Below are positions 46,488-56,961 of a stretch of 64,000 nucleotides of DNA, one piece after another. A program made the position numbers and the translations under genes. The stretch comes from Candidatus Nomurabacteria bacterium (GTDB lineage Bacteria; Patescibacteriota; Patescibacteriia; HK-STAS-PATE-3), in contig CP060223.1 of assembly GCA_023898465.1 (NCBI GenBank), positions 896,001 through 960,000 on the forward strand. Reading direction: 5' to 3'. Every line of letters starts with the position of its first letter. Position 1 is the first letter of the stretch. The notes under the pieces are model-generated. The model saw only the letters and a program-made list of their open reading frames with translations, did not search any database and was not told the DNA's origin.

Positions 46488-47539
46488 GTTCGATGAAACA
46501 ACAAAGTGAACAGCTCATTCATGCCACCGAGCGAATCTTTCGTGAATGTGTGCAGACAAATGGGGCTATCACTATCTCTCCTGATAGTAAACTGGTAATA
46601 CCTCATCACGCTGCTTTTGTTACTGTGGCAGCACCTTTTGTTGGTTTAGAGCTTGCTCCAGAATTTTTTGCTTGGGTTAAAAAAACTCTAGAGAATGAGG
46701 AGAATAACGGAGCCTTAAGTAATGCCTATGATTGGGAGGGAAAAGCAACCCATTCGCCAGCCCGATTTGCACCCGAACAAAACGGCGCCATGCTCTGGAG
46801 TATTGATGCCTATATTGAACGACATCCAGAGGAGCTGGCTCATATGAAGGAATTAGTAAGCCTGCTCGTGCAAGGAATTACTCAGCACTGGAAAAAAAAT
46901 GGATTTTCGCGTACTACTAATGAGGTATGGGGGGAACATCATCACATAGGAGCGCCTGAGATGAATCAGCGCTTTACATATGCCCTAGCCGCCTGTGCAC
47001 ATGGGCTTGAACGTGCGGCCGCTCGCTATAAGCAACGGCGATGGAAAGCTATTGCCGGGCAAATGCGTGAGCATATAAATAATGCCTGGGATGAAAACAA
47101 AAAGACTTTTCATCGCGCGCTTGGTAAACATAATGATACAAGCATTGATAGTCTAACTCTCGGACTTTGCTGGCCTTATCATATTTACGAGGCAAAAGAG
47201 AAACGCATGCAGGCAGCTGTCGAACGCATTGAAGAGGTGCTTATTGATGGTGGTGGAGTGCACCGCTTCCAATATGATTACCACGACAGCGAAGGGGATG
47301 CAGAAGATGGTGGTGGTATTTGGCCAGCTCTTAATTTTTGGATGAGCATCTATTTTGTTGAACAAGGCGATGAGGCAAAGGCGCGGGCTTACTTCCAATG
47401 GGTATTAGAACGCGTGCATGAAGAACTCCCAGAACAAATGTTTAAAGATTTTCGTATCGGCATTACTCCTTTTGCCTGGAGTCACGCACTCTTTCTCTTG
47501 GCTGCTCATAGTTTAAAACTTCTCCCAAATGAAGCGTAA
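46484..47539 (+). CDS. GH15-family glycoside hydrolase (glucoamylase/trehalase-like catalytic domain)
   Basis: (alpha/alpha)6-barrel-type motifs: WGEHHHIGAPEMNQ, IWPALNFWMSIY and FAWSHALFLLA. Confidence 0.6.
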   Translation: MSSMKQQSEQLIHATERIFRECVQTNGAITISPDSKLVIPHHAAFVTVAAPFVGLELAPEFFAWVKKTLENEENNGALSNAYDWEGKATHSPARFAPEQNGAMLWSIDAYIERHPEELAHMKELVSLLVQGITQHWKKNGFSRTTNEVWGEHHHIGAPEMNQRFTYALAACAHGLERAAARYKQRRWKAIAGQMREHINNAWDENKKTFHRALGKHNDTSIDSLTLGLCWPYHIYEAKEKRMQAAVERIEEVLIDGGGVHRFQYDYHDSEGDAEDGGGIWPALNFWMSIYFVEQGDEAKARAYFQWVLERVHEELPEQMFKDFRIGITPFAWSHALFLLAAHSLKLLPNEA

Positions 47540-49004
47540 ACTTCGCATCATGAACGTAGCTGCAGAAGTGGCTCCCTATGCCAAAACCGGGGGCCTGGCT
47601 GACGTAGTACATGCGCTACCAAAAGAATTAGTACACCAGGGCCATAGCGTCAGTATTATCATGCCCTGCTACGGCTTCATGAAAAAGCAAAATATTCCCA
47701 TGACTGAGGTGGATCGCTTCCGCATTAGTGTGGGGAGTAAAAACTTTGGAGCGACTATCTATCAAACTGAATTTTCACCAGGCTTAACAATCTACTTTGT
47801 TGCCAATCACGAACTCTTTGGTCGTTCGCGACTCTATGGCTACCCAAACGACAACACTCGCTTCATGTTCTTTTGTAAGGCCGTTGTACGCTTTATTAAA
47901 GAAATGAATAACCGGCCTCATGTCGTTCACTGCCATGATTGGCACACCGGGTTAATACCAAACTACCTCAAGCAAAAATTTAATCACGACCCATCTCTCC
48001 GCTCAATCGCAACACTCTACACGATTCACAACCTACCTTTCCAATTCGGATCAGACTGGTGGAAGGTGCCGCCAAAGCAGCAAGATGACGGACGCGGCGT
48101 ACCCCCTGAAACACCGACGAAGAAGTTGAATCGAGTAAACTTTGCCAAACGCGCCTTACTCAACGCCGACATCATCAACACGGTAAGTGAGCGCTATGCT
48201 GAAGAAATCCTCACCCCAGAATTTGGCCAAGACCTTGATGGAATACTCCGACGTCGAGAAGAAGATGTCTACGGCATTGTAAATGGCATTGACTACACCG
48301 TATATAATCCGGTGTATGATAAAAACATCCCGGTAAACTACGACTGGAACCAGCTCGATAAAAAACAGCTCAACAAAAACGCCTTGCAGCGTAAGGTTGG
48401 CCTAGAGCAAAAAGCTGATATCCCGCTCATCGGGGTAGTGAATCGCTTAAGTGAGCAAAAGGGATTTAACCTGCTACGTGAAATTGCCTACGTGCTCGTG
48501 AAGCTGCCTCTGCAGCTCGTTATTGTGGGAAGTGGACATCCGGATTATGTGCGCTTCTTTAAGCGCTTAGCAAAAAAATATCCTAAGCGGATTGGCTTTT
48601 ACTCTCCTTTTACCGAGGAGCTCGCTTCGCTTACCTATGCTGGCTCTGACATGTTCCTCATGCCCTCGCGCTATGAGCCATGTGGAATTTCCCAAATGAT
48701 CAGTTTACGATACGGCTCTATTCCGATTGTCCGAGAAACAGGCGGGCTCTCTGACACTATTACCAATTTCAATCCAAAGACGCAAAAAGGTATTGGCTTT
48801 GTATTTTCTGGATATACCAAGGAAGATTTTCTCATCGCTATTGTCCGAGCCCTCGAAACCTATCGCTATGCACAGGTCTGGGAACACCTCACCTGGCGAG
48901 CTATGAAAACGTCATACTCATGGGAGGTGCCAGCAAAAAAATATGCGCAGTTATATCGCTTAGCTTATCGACATAAACGGGCACGAAAGAAGGGGACAAC
49001 ATAA
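47529..49004 (+). CDS. glgA: glycogen/starch synthase (GT5)
   Basis: KLRIMNVAAEVAPYAKTGGLADVV aligns to the GlgA N-terminus. Also HCHDWHTGL and the C-terminal GT-B domain. Confidence 0.85.
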   Translation: MKRKLRIMNVAAEVAPYAKTGGLADVVHALPKELVHQGHSVSIIMPCYGFMKKQNIPMTEVDRFRISVGSKNFGATIYQTEFSPGLTIYFVANHELFGRSRLYGYPNDNTRFMFFCKAVVRFIKEMNNRPHVVHCHDWHTGLIPNYLKQKFNHDPSLRSIATLYTIHNLPFQFGSDWWKVPPKQQDDGRGVPPETPTKKLNRVNFAKRALLNADIINTVSERYAEEILTPEFGQDLDGILRRREEDVYGIVNGIDYTVYNPVYDKNIPVNYDWNQLDKKQLNKNALQRKVGLEQKADIPLIGVVNRLSEQKGFNLLREIAYVLVKLPLQLVIVGSGHPDYVRFFKRLAKKYPKRIGFYSPFTEELASLTYAGSDMFLMPSRYEPCGISQMISLRYGSIPIVRETGGLSDTITNFNPKTQKGIGFVFSGYTKEDFLIAIVRALETYRYAQVWEHLTWRAMKTSYSWEVPAKKYAQLYRLAYRHKRARKKGTT

Positions 49005-50248
49005 TGCGCTGGGCCGCCCTCCTACATATTTATCAACCTCCGCACTGGGATGCTCGCGTCATTGCTAAAGTAGTGAGTGAAAGCTATCGACCTTTAGTGG
49101 ATATTTTAACGCGAAATCCCAAGATTAAGATTACGCTAAACATCAACGCCTCGTTGACTGAGCAACTTGCTCGACATGGCTACCTCGATGTTATTGATGG
49201 ATTACGCAGCTTGGCTGAACGAGGACAAATTGAATTTACTGGCAGCGCAAAATACCACCCGATTTTACCCCTCCTGCCAGCTGATGAGGTACGTCGTCAA
49301 ATCCGCCTCAACACTGAAACAAACCGAGCTCTCTTTGGTGATATTTATCGCCCACGAGGATTTTTCCCGCCTGAGATGGCAGTCGATCTCGACCTCATCC
49401 GCATCTTAGTGGAAATGGGATTTGAATGGGTAGCAGTTGACGAATTAGCCGGTGAGAAAAAACTTGGCGATCTTCCTTTAAATAAAAAATATTTAGTTGA
49501 GCCTTTTGATATCTCTCTGGTTCTACGCAATCGTTTCATGAGCGACTATCTGGCCTTTGCGGCTCCAATTGATAAGCCAGGTGAATTTTTTGCTGAGGTA
49601 GAAAAAGAAAAACGCTCAAAGGAAATTCTCATCACTGCAATGGATGGAGAAAACCTTGGCCACCACCGTCCAGGCACTGAACGACTATGGGAGGAGTTAG
49701 TAACAAATCCTTCAGTCGAAATGGTCACCTTCACTGAAGCGCTGGAAGGTTTTAGCACGCAGGAAAAACTCATGGTGCAGGAAAGCAGTTGGTCGACTCG
49801 AGCAATTGATCGAGTCCGCAATGCACCTTATCCGCTTTGGCAGCATCCGGAAAATCAACTTCATCAACTACAGTGGTCGCTCACCACGCTCATCATCGAA
49901 GCGATTAACCAAGCAGAGAAGCGAAGTGACCACACCATTGAACAAGCTCGGATTGCTTTAGACGAGGCGCTGTCTTCTGATCAATACTGGTGGGCCTCAG
50001 CCACGCCCTGGTGGAGTGTGGAGATTATTAATGAAGGAGCCGAGCGACTTGGTAAAGTGTTAGAAGCGCTCAGTGAAGTGCCGCCCGCTACGCAGAAAGA
50101 AGCGCGACAGCTCATTCGCTCAATTCGAGAAACTTCACGTCGCTGGCAGGACAAAGGAGTTGCTTCTCAGCGTATGGCTGAATACAACAAAGAAACAAAG
50201 CAAGTACATTACATGGCTGGACAACGCATTGACGGTTCTGCCAAGTGA
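49004..50248 (+). CDS. GH57-family alpha-glucan enzyme (amylopullulanase/branching/4-alpha-glucanotransferase type)
   Basis: WAALLHIYQPP N-terminus, AMDGENLGHHRPG catalytic region, and SDQYWWASATPWW. Confidence 0.7.
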   Translation: MRWAALLHIYQPPHWDARVIAKVVSESYRPLVDILTRNPKIKITLNINASLTEQLARHGYLDVIDGLRSLAERGQIEFTGSAKYHPILPLLPADEVRRQIRLNTETNRALFGDIYRPRGFFPPEMAVDLDLIRILVEMGFEWVAVDELAGEKKLGDLPLNKKYLVEPFDISLVLRNRFMSDYLAFAAPIDKPGEFFAEVEKEKRSKEILITAMDGENLGHHRPGTERLWEELVTNPSVEMVTFTEALEGFSTQEKLMVQESSWSTRAIDRVRNAPYPLWQHPENQLHQLQWSLTTLIIEAINQAEKRSDHTIEQARIALDEALSSDQYWWASATPWWSVEIINEGAERLGKVLEALSEVPPATQKEARQLIRSIRETSRRWQDKGVASQRMAEYNKETKQVHYMAGQRIDGSAK

Positions 50249-50304
50249 TTGTACGGTAGGTGCGCATAGAACTTTCATTAGACAATTAATTCCTTAGAAA
50301 AAAC

Positions 50305-51675
50305 ATGTATTGGGCAAATTTCCTGCATATTTATCAACCACCAACCCAAAAACCATATTGGGTGAAGCGAGTCACTGAAGAGTCGTATCGAAAAATCGTT
50401 GCTGAATTAAAGCGCGCTCCGGGTGCTAAACTCACTCTGAACATTAGCGCGGTGCTTGTTGAATTGCTGGATAAGAATGGATGTGGAGATGTTATTGATG
50501 ACATTCGTCTCTTGCTCGAGCGTGGACAAATTGAATTAACCAGCTCAGCAAAGTTTCATCCATTACTACCAAAGATTCCCAAGGATGAAGTTATTCGACA
50601 AATCCAACTGAACGACGAAACGCATCGTAAATATTTTGGTGAACTCTACAAGCCGAAGGGATTTTTCCCACCTGAGATGGCCTTCTCTACCGATGTGGCA
50701 AAGATCGTAAAAGAGCTGGGCTATGAATGGATCATTGTTGATGAATTATCCTTCTCTCGCGAAATCGGCAATATTGATTACAGCAAGCGCTACACGGTTG
50801 AGGGTCTGGATGATTTTTCCATCTACTTCCGTGAACGGCGCATGAGCTACAAAATCCTTTCCGGACAATTAGGATCCGGCTCGCTTCTTATTCAGAGCCT
50901 GGGTGATCGATTAAAGAAAAATGAATACCTCCTAACTGCAATGGATGGAGAAACTTTCGGCCACCACCGTCCAGGTATGGAGCACCTCCTTTTTGAGATT
51001 TACGAATCAAAGGAACTCGAAACTATCCTTATCTCGGATATCCCAAAACACTTCCCAGAGTCCACGCCGATTGATCCTTTGCCATCCACTTGGGCGCTGA
51101 TGGAAAAAGACCTTGAAAAGAATGCGCCGTTTTCTCGCTGGCTTGATCCAGGTAACACAATTCATGAACGACAATGGGAATTAACCAACCTGGCGATTAA
51201 GGCGGTACATGCAAGCGATCAAAGCGATCCAAAATTTCCTGAGGTGCGGACAGCGCTTGATCGAGCAATTCACTCAGATCAATACTGGTGGGCCTCGGCA
51301 AAACCATGGTGGAGTATGGAAATGATTGAGGCAGGCGCTAAGGAGCTGTCTGATGTGGTATTAAACGCGCCAGGCTCAAGTGAAGAGGAGAAGGAACGAG
51401 CGAAACAGCTCTACCAAGAAATTATCTATACCGGCTTTGACTGGCAGCGATCTGGTTTAGTGGAAAAGCTTTCCCAGCAAGAGGATGAGGAAATACGACA
51501 GCGAACTGATGAAGCTATTCCTGAATTACCTGCTGAAGAAATTGATAAAATTATTGCGAACTTGCGCAAAGATATCGATGATGTGGTGAAGCGAGAAGAA
51601 TACGAGCGAGCAGCTCAATTGCGCAATCGCATTAAAGAACTCGAGCAATATCGAGACAAAAAAAGTAAAGAATAA
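50305..51675 (+). CDS. GH57-family alpha-glucan enzyme with a C-terminal UVR domain
   Basis: Paralog of the gene upstream (WANFLHIYQPP, AMDGETFGHHRPG, SDQYWWASAKPWW). It also has EEIDKIIANLRKDIDDVVKREEYERAAQLRNRIKELEQ, a UvrB/UvrC-type UVR motif. Confidence 0.7.
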   Translation: MYWANFLHIYQPPTQKPYWVKRVTEESYRKIVAELKRAPGAKLTLNISAVLVELLDKNGCGDVIDDIRLLLERGQIELTSSAKFHPLLPKIPKDEVIRQIQLNDETHRKYFGELYKPKGFFPPEMAFSTDVAKIVKELGYEWIIVDELSFSREIGNIDYSKRYTVEGLDDFSIYFRERRMSYKILSGQLGSGSLLIQSLGDRLKKNEYLLTAMDGETFGHHRPGMEHLLFEIYESKELETILISDIPKHFPESTPIDPLPSTWALMEKDLEKNAPFSRWLDPGNTIHERQWELTNLAIKAVHASDQSDPKFPEVRTALDRAIHSDQYWWASAKPWWSMEMIEAGAKELSDVVLNAPGSSEEEKERAKQLYQEIIYTGFDWQRSGLVEKLSQQEDEEIRQRTDEAIPELPAEEIDKIIANLRKDIDDVVKREEYERAAQLRNRIKELEQYRDKKSKE

Positions 51676-51735
51676 GCAGGTTCTTATATAGAATACGTGC
51701 AGCGCGTCCAAATGGGCGCGCTGTTTGTAAAAAAA

Positions 51736-51744
51736 TGCTACAAT
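51736..51744 (+). promoter_or_regulatory. extended -10 TGCTACAAT placed 9 nt before the ATG (leaderless-type), same geometry as at 21218
   Basis: tgctacaat, then aagtgaagc, then the ATG at 51754. Confidence 0.4.
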
Positions 51745-51753
51745 AAGTGAAGC

Positions 51754-52677
51754 ATGTCACGACTTTCCGCTGAAAAAGTACACTCACTACTCAAACAAAA
51801 AGCTGTTTTTAAGGCTGAGATTACCCATGTGGTACTTGAGAAACACAAAGCCTTTTCTCATTCCAGTCGACTTGCTCGCTATATCGTGTCTCTGGCAAAT
51901 GGGCAAACAAAATATATCCGAGCAAATGTTTGGCCAATCTCAGCTTTTCGTATTGCAGAAGCGCTCAGCGCACAGCAAAGCTTAAAAGCGCCTCAACCGA
52001 TATACTACGACAAGAGTAGTCACACTATTCTTTACGAGGAACTAAATGGTGACACCCTGCGCAGCGTGCCGCTCACCGCAAAAGCATGGAAGCCCATTAT
52101 TCCTAAGGTTGCTCAACTCCTAGCCGCTTTTCATCAAACGCCACTACCTAAGGGCTTAGCACCTGAGACGCAAAGCGCCGCAAAGAAGCGAAGAAAAAAC
52201 CTTGTCCAAGGAATACAAAAGGCTGATAAGGGATATGGCGCACTAGCGAAAGTTGCGTGTAGCCAGCTCGAGTCACAGATTGCTCGCCAGGCCGGAAAAG
52301 TAAAGGCACTCACCCATGGCGATTTCCAGGCAAGTAATATACTCATCGCAAAAAAGAATCTCTCGCTTATTGACTTCACGCTGAGTCGACCAAATCATCC
52401 AGCCAGCGACCTTGGTCTCTGGTTAGTACATTGGCAGGCTATGACGCGCGATCACCTTAGTCACACACAAAGGGAAGAGTTGGGCTATCTCTTTTTACAG
52501 TACTACTTCTCAGCCGTGCCAAAGGCCTGGCACGCACCTATCCGAGCAATGCTTCCAGTCTATGTGAGCGAGGCCACGCTCGAGGTCGCCGCTACCACCT
52601 TGCTTATGTACGGCGCCCACGATACCAATGTTCGCGCATTACTTGATGAATTATTTTCTAGTTTGCACTATGTCTGA
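51754..52677 (+). CDS. APH-like phosphotransferase (aminoglycoside-kinase fold; maltokinase-like candidate)
   Basis: LTHGDFQASNILI catalytic loop and IDFTLS. Embedded in the alpha-glucan cluster. Confidence 0.6.
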   Translation: MSRLSAEKVHSLLKQKAVFKAEITHVVLEKHKAFSHSSRLARYIVSLANGQTKYIRANVWPISAFRIAEALSAQQSLKAPQPIYYDKSSHTILYEELNGDTLRSVPLTAKAWKPIIPKVAQLLAAFHQTPLPKGLAPETQSAAKKRRKNLVQGIQKADKGYGALAKVACSQLESQIARQAGKVKALTHGDFQASNILIAKKNLSLIDFTLSRPNHPASDLGLWLVHWQAMTRDHLSHTQREELGYLFLQYYFSAVPKAWHAPIRAMLPVYVSEATLEVAATTLLMYGAHDTNVRALLDELFSSLHYV

Positions 52678-54130
52678 ACGCATCCTCTTTATCTCAGCCG
52701 AAGTAACACCGCTCGCAAAAGTCGGGGGACTGGCCGATGTGGTTGGCGCCCTACCTCCAGCTCTACGAAAACTGGGAGCTGACGCTCGTATCCTCATGCC
52801 AAAGTATGGCGTGATTGATGAAGAAAAATATCCCATGGAAATACGTGGGCAAGGCATCCCAGTCCAGATTGGACAAGGTACGGTGTATGTCGATCTATGG
52901 GAAACAAAATTACCTAATACTGACACTCCGGTCTATCTCATTGGTAATGACAAATTTTTCGGAGGAAGCCGTATCTATTTTGATGCTTCAGCTTTTGCCA
53001 GCCAGTTTGTGGAATTCGAGCGATTCCTTTTCTTTGCCATGTCGAGCGTGGCCGTGCTTGATGCACTCGAATGGAAGCCTACGATTATTCACTGCCATGA
53101 TTGGCACACCGGATTAATTCCCGCTTTACTCAAGCAGGAGAAGCCTCGCATCGCGACAGTCTTCACCATTCATAACCTAGGCAACCAAGGTAAATGGAAC
53201 ACGCCAGATATTTTCCGCTTCCTAGGTTTGCAAGCGCAGGATCGCGCATCATTTAGCCTGACCGACTCCCAGGGTAATTTTAATTGTTTGCTCCAAGGTG
53301 TAGTGAATGCAGATGCGGTAAATACGGTTAGTCCGAGCTATGCCAAAGAGATTCTCACTGCCGAGTATGGAGAGGGTCTCGAAAAAACACTTCAGCAACA
53401 AGGTGACCGCCTAATGGGAATACTGAATGGGATTGATGTTGAACGCTTTGACCCGAGTCGTAATCCTGACCTACCTGAACATTTCAGTGCGGAGAAGCTT
53501 GAGGGAAAAATACGAGCTAAGGAAGCGCTTCAAAAAGAATGCAATCTCGAAGTAAATAAAGAGGTCCCTCTTTTCAGCTTCATCGGTCGACTCACTGATC
53601 AAAAAGGTATGGACCTGATCGGACAATCAGTTGAACATATTTTGAAGCTTGGTGGTCAGCTGGTTCTACTCGGCAGTGGAATGGATGAATTTGAAAAAAT
53701 TGCCCAGGAAGCGGCGGCAAAATATCCCGGGAAGGTGTACACAAAAATTGGCTTTGACGCAGCACTGGCCCAACGGATATACGCCGGAAGTGACTTTTTC
53801 CTCATGCCCTCAAAATATGAGCCATGCGGACTGGGGCAAATAATTGCCATGCGCTATGGCACTATCCCAGTAGTCCGAGCAACTGGAGGCTTGAAAGATA
53901 CCGTGCCAGACTATACCATGAATAGTGCAGAGGGTAGGGGGTTTGCTTTTACGCCATATGCGGCCAGCGATCTCCAAGATGCTATTACCCGAGCGCATCA
54001 GCTTTATCAAAACCAAACCGAGTTTATTCAACTGCAAAAACGCATCATGGGTATTGACCTCTCCTGGAAGCAATCAGCTCGCCAATACCTTGATCTCTAT
54101 ACCCGCGCCCGACAAGAACAACGACCATGA
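52670..54130 (+). CDS. second glycogen synthase-like GT5 enzyme
   Basis: RILFISAEVTPLAKVGGLADVV, HCHDWHTGL. Paralogous to glgA at 47529 but divergent. Confidence 0.8.
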   Translation: MSERILFISAEVTPLAKVGGLADVVGALPPALRKLGADARILMPKYGVIDEEKYPMEIRGQGIPVQIGQGTVYVDLWETKLPNTDTPVYLIGNDKFFGGSRIYFDASAFASQFVEFERFLFFAMSSVAVLDALEWKPTIIHCHDWHTGLIPALLKQEKPRIATVFTIHNLGNQGKWNTPDIFRFLGLQAQDRASFSLTDSQGNFNCLLQGVVNADAVNTVSPSYAKEILTAEYGEGLEKTLQQQGDRLMGILNGIDVERFDPSRNPDLPEHFSAEKLEGKIRAKEALQKECNLEVNKEVPLFSFIGRLTDQKGMDLIGQSVEHILKLGGQLVLLGSGMDEFEKIAQEAAAKYPGKVYTKIGFDAALAQRIYAGSDFFLMPSKYEPCGLGQIIAMRYGTIPVVRATGGLKDTVPDYTMNSAEGRGFAFTPYAASDLQDAITRAHQLYQNQTEFIQLQKRIMGIDLSWKQSARQYLDLYTRARQEQRP

Positions 54131-55128
54131 AACAAAGTGAAATCCGCCAAGATTACGTTCATAACCGAGTAGTCATTATCTCGCCAGGTCGCTCAAAGCG
54201 CCCGCATGATTTTCATCCTACTGGCACGCCGCACCAGGTTCATCGAGCTGAGTGTCCGTTTTGTCCTGAGCAAGTAGATAAGGTGAAGGCGGTAGCGAGC
54301 TACAAAGGTCAAAAGCCTTGGAGTATTAAGGTTATCAAAAACATCTTCCCGGCGGTTCGGAAAGATAATCCTAAGGCCTACGGTGATCAAGAGGTTGTTA
54401 TTGAAACGCCTGAACATGATTTAGAGCTATCAGAACTTTCTGTCGAGCATATTGAGCAACTTTTGAAAGTATATGCTGACCGTACTTGGGCGCAATCAAA
54501 AGACAAGAAGATTCAATACATCATGATCTTCAAAAACAACGGGGGTCGAGCTGGCGCTTCTATTGACCATGCTCACTCTCAAGTGTTTGCCACAAACTTC
54601 CTCCCACCGCACATTGTCGATAAGCTTCGCCGCGCTGAGGAATATCTTATCCGCTATGGAACTTGTTACTACTGTGACTTGATTGCGAAAGAGGGTAAGG
54701 GACCGCGCATGATCGAGAATAATGAATTTGTTTTTGTGGAAGCTCCCTATGCTTCATCGTATAATTACGAAGCTTGGATCTTGCCAAAGCGCCACCTCGA
54801 TAATATTACGAATCTCAATAAGGCGGAACGTCTGGCTTTTGCAAGGGCGCTAAAAAATATACTTGGCAAGTTAAATAGCATTGGCCTCCCATATAATTAC
54901 TACCTGCACCAGGTGGTTCGCTATGGAAATGAACACCTTTACTTCCGTGTAGCACCGCGTCGTGATGTATGGGCAGGAGTGGAATTAGGATCGCGACTTA
55001 TTGTGAATACCGTACCACCGGAAGACGCCGCCGCCTTTTACCGCGGTGACGATGAGAAAAAGAAAGGTAAGAAAAAGTCCGCAACGAAAAAGCTTTCTAA
55101 TAAACGAAAGTCCGCCAAGCGCAAATAG
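54127..55128 (+). CDS. galactose-1-phosphate uridylyltransferase-like (HIT superfamily; possibly NDP-glucose phosphorylase) with a Lys-rich C-terminal tail
   Basis: CPFCPE zinc motif, SIDHAHSQVFA (HxHxQ), and a C-terminal KKKGKKKSATKKLSNKRKSAKRK. Confidence 0.7.
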   Translation: MKQSEIRQDYVHNRVVIISPGRSKRPHDFHPTGTPHQVHRAECPFCPEQVDKVKAVASYKGQKPWSIKVIKNIFPAVRKDNPKAYGDQEVVIETPEHDLELSELSVEHIEQLLKVYADRTWAQSKDKKIQYIMIFKNNGGRAGASIDHAHSQVFATNFLPPHIVDKLRRAEEYLIRYGTCYYCDLIAKEGKGPRMIENNEFVFVEAPYASSYNYEAWILPKRHLDNITNLNKAERLAFARALKNILGKLNSIGLPYNYYLHQVVRYGNEHLYFRVAPRRDVWAGVELGSRLIVNTVPPEDAAAFYRGDDEKKKGKKKSATKKLSNKRKSAKRK

Positions 55129-55264
55129 CTCGTACTTGCCAAATCCCATGTCGTAGCCGAAGCATTGAGCTTCGGCGGCTTCAATTGATAAAAGAAAACC
55201 CCGACCACAGCGCTAGTCCTCGTGCATAGACACGTGGATAGATGTGATCGGGGAAAGTACGGAG

Positions 55265-55843
55265 CTACTGGTAGATTGACTTCACCTGACCCCAACTCCT
55301 GCTGAGGGTTGGCACCGGCCCGATTGTACCATAGGTCCGGAAGAGCCAATCATACGGCTTTTCTTCGCCTGCACTGTAGGCGGTGCCGCCAGGGTATTCG
55401 CATCCACCTTCTACCCGTCGTTCGGTGGCCCAACCGTTGTTTGAATGCGAAACAGGATGAAGGTAGTAGGTGGCGCCAGGCTGAATGGTCACACCACCGA
55501 AGTCGAAACTGATCCAGTTGTCCCCGCCCGACTCAACGTCTTGCGTCGCAACAGCCAGAACACTCTCGCCAGGCACCACTGAGTTCTGGAGAAAGAGCGT
55601 CACCGTACCCGCGGCTGGGTAAAAGAACAGCTCAACACCGCACAAGTAGTCCATCGTCGGCGTGAAAGACTGCAACAAACAACTTGAAAGTTCTTCCTCT
55701 GGAGTGCAGTACATACTGTGTCCAAAAGTCGGACCGATGATTGGTTCACAGCTCTGGTCGAGGTCACCGCAGGGTGCTTGCGCATTCGCGCTGCTTGCAC
55801 ACAGCACCACCAAAGCAAAAACGAGGCCACTGAAACGCGACAT
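55265..55843 (-). CDS. hypothetical secreted Cys-rich protein (GC-rich gene)
   Basis: Signal peptide MSRFSGLVFALVVLCASSANAQA. 8 Cys. About 57% GC. Confidence 0.45.
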   Translation of the reverse strand: MSRFSGLVFALVVLCASSANAQAPCGDLDQSCEPIIGPTFGHSMYCTPEEELSSCLLQSFTPTMDYLCGVELFFYPAAGTVTLFLQNSVVPGESVLAVATQDVESGGDNWISFDFGGVTIQPGATYYLHPVSHSNNGWATERRVEGGCEYPGGTAYSAGEEKPYDWLFRTYGTIGPVPTLSRSWGQVKSIYQ

Positions 55844-55951
55844 GAGACACCTCCCACTTTGTTTGTAAGGAGCCTTGATTAGCTTTACTGCTTCAATAAT
55901 AAACCCCGACCACAGCGCTGCGCAAGCACAGCCGTGGCCGGGGAAGTACTG

Positions 55952-56470
55952 TCACCAGCCATCCATAGTGGTTGACTGGTAATGGAAGTTGCGCTCCTCG
56001 ATCATGCCGGGATCAACGAGACGATCTCCATAGTAACGCCAGTAGTAAGCCCAGCGTCTCATATCGTCGAAGCTCAGACGCCTCCCAGTACAAGAGAGAC
56101 ATAGGTCACCGGCCTCCAAGGTGCGGCAACGCAAATCCCAGTAGAGAGAACCCTCCGTATCGAGTGGGTATTGACGCCACTGACCCCTGCACCAAGCAAG
56201 AGCGTCGCGCAGATCACGGTCATTGCGCTGATGCCACTCCTGCACCAACTCAGCTTGGAACTCGGGCTCGAGGGTCACTCCCTGGGAAAGAGTGATGAGA
56301 AGATTCTGGGCGCTCCGATCTCCGCCGGCCTGACCCTGAATCGTTCTCCAGGGCTTGGCCTTCATAAACGCGAGGTCCCAGACCTTCTCTCGGTCGCTCC
56401 GAGCATCAGCCTGAGCTAATGTGGCGAAACCGAACAGCATCAACACTAGGACGGTAACCCGAATACGCAT
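55952..56470 (-). CDS. hypothetical secreted protein (GC-rich gene)
   Basis: Signal peptide MRIRVTVLVLMLFGFATLAQADA. Trp/Arg-rich. About 58% GC. Confidence 0.45.
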   Translation of the reverse strand: MRIRVTVLVLMLFGFATLAQADARSDREKVWDLAFMKAKPWRTIQGQAGGDRSAQNLLITLSQGVTLEPEFQAELVQEWHQRNDRDLRDALAWCRGQWRQYPLDTEGSLYWDLRCRTLEAGDLCLSCTGRRLSFDDMRRWAYYWRYYGDRLVDPGMIEERNFHYQSTTMDGW

Positions 56471-56586
56471 GCATCTCCTCCTTGTTTCATGTGCGGTTGT
56501 CGATGTACAGCTGCGTACCGTATACTACGGGTAAGCAACCTTGTCAATCCTTATCCTTCGGAATTCAAGTTTATAACATTAGCATT

Positions 56587-56961
56587 ATGGGTAGTTTCAT
56601 CGAAATCAACGACACGCTCCAACTTACTACTGAGCAAGGCTTTCCCTCGGAGCTTACTTTAGAGAAACACTTGAAAAAGGCGTTCACTGTTGAGGATTTT
56701 AAAGACCAAGTCTTTGAATTTCACCACAAGCCGGACCTGCGGATCTACCACCTTAAACCTACTCGAGTATTTCTCGTTCATAACATTGATGGTAAGTGGT
56801 TGTATTGGGGCCACGCCATGATACTTGAAGAAACGCTCCACGCAGAAACGAAAACAACTTCCGGGAAATTTATCATCACAAAAATTTATTCACCCGAGCA
56901 CCAAAGAACAATGAGCACTATCGAAGTAAGCGAAGGCAAGGAGTATCCTTTTGATGAGTAA
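56587..56961 (+). CDS. hypothetical protein
   Basis: Start chosen at MGSFIEIND. No family recognised. Overlaps the xth start. Confidence 0.35.
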   Translation: MGSFIEINDTLQLTTEQGFPSELTLEKHLKKAFTVEDFKDQVFEFHHKPDLRIYHLKPTRVFLVHNIDGKWLYWGHAMILEETLHAETKTTSGKFIITKIYSPEHQRTMSTIEVSEGKEYPFDE

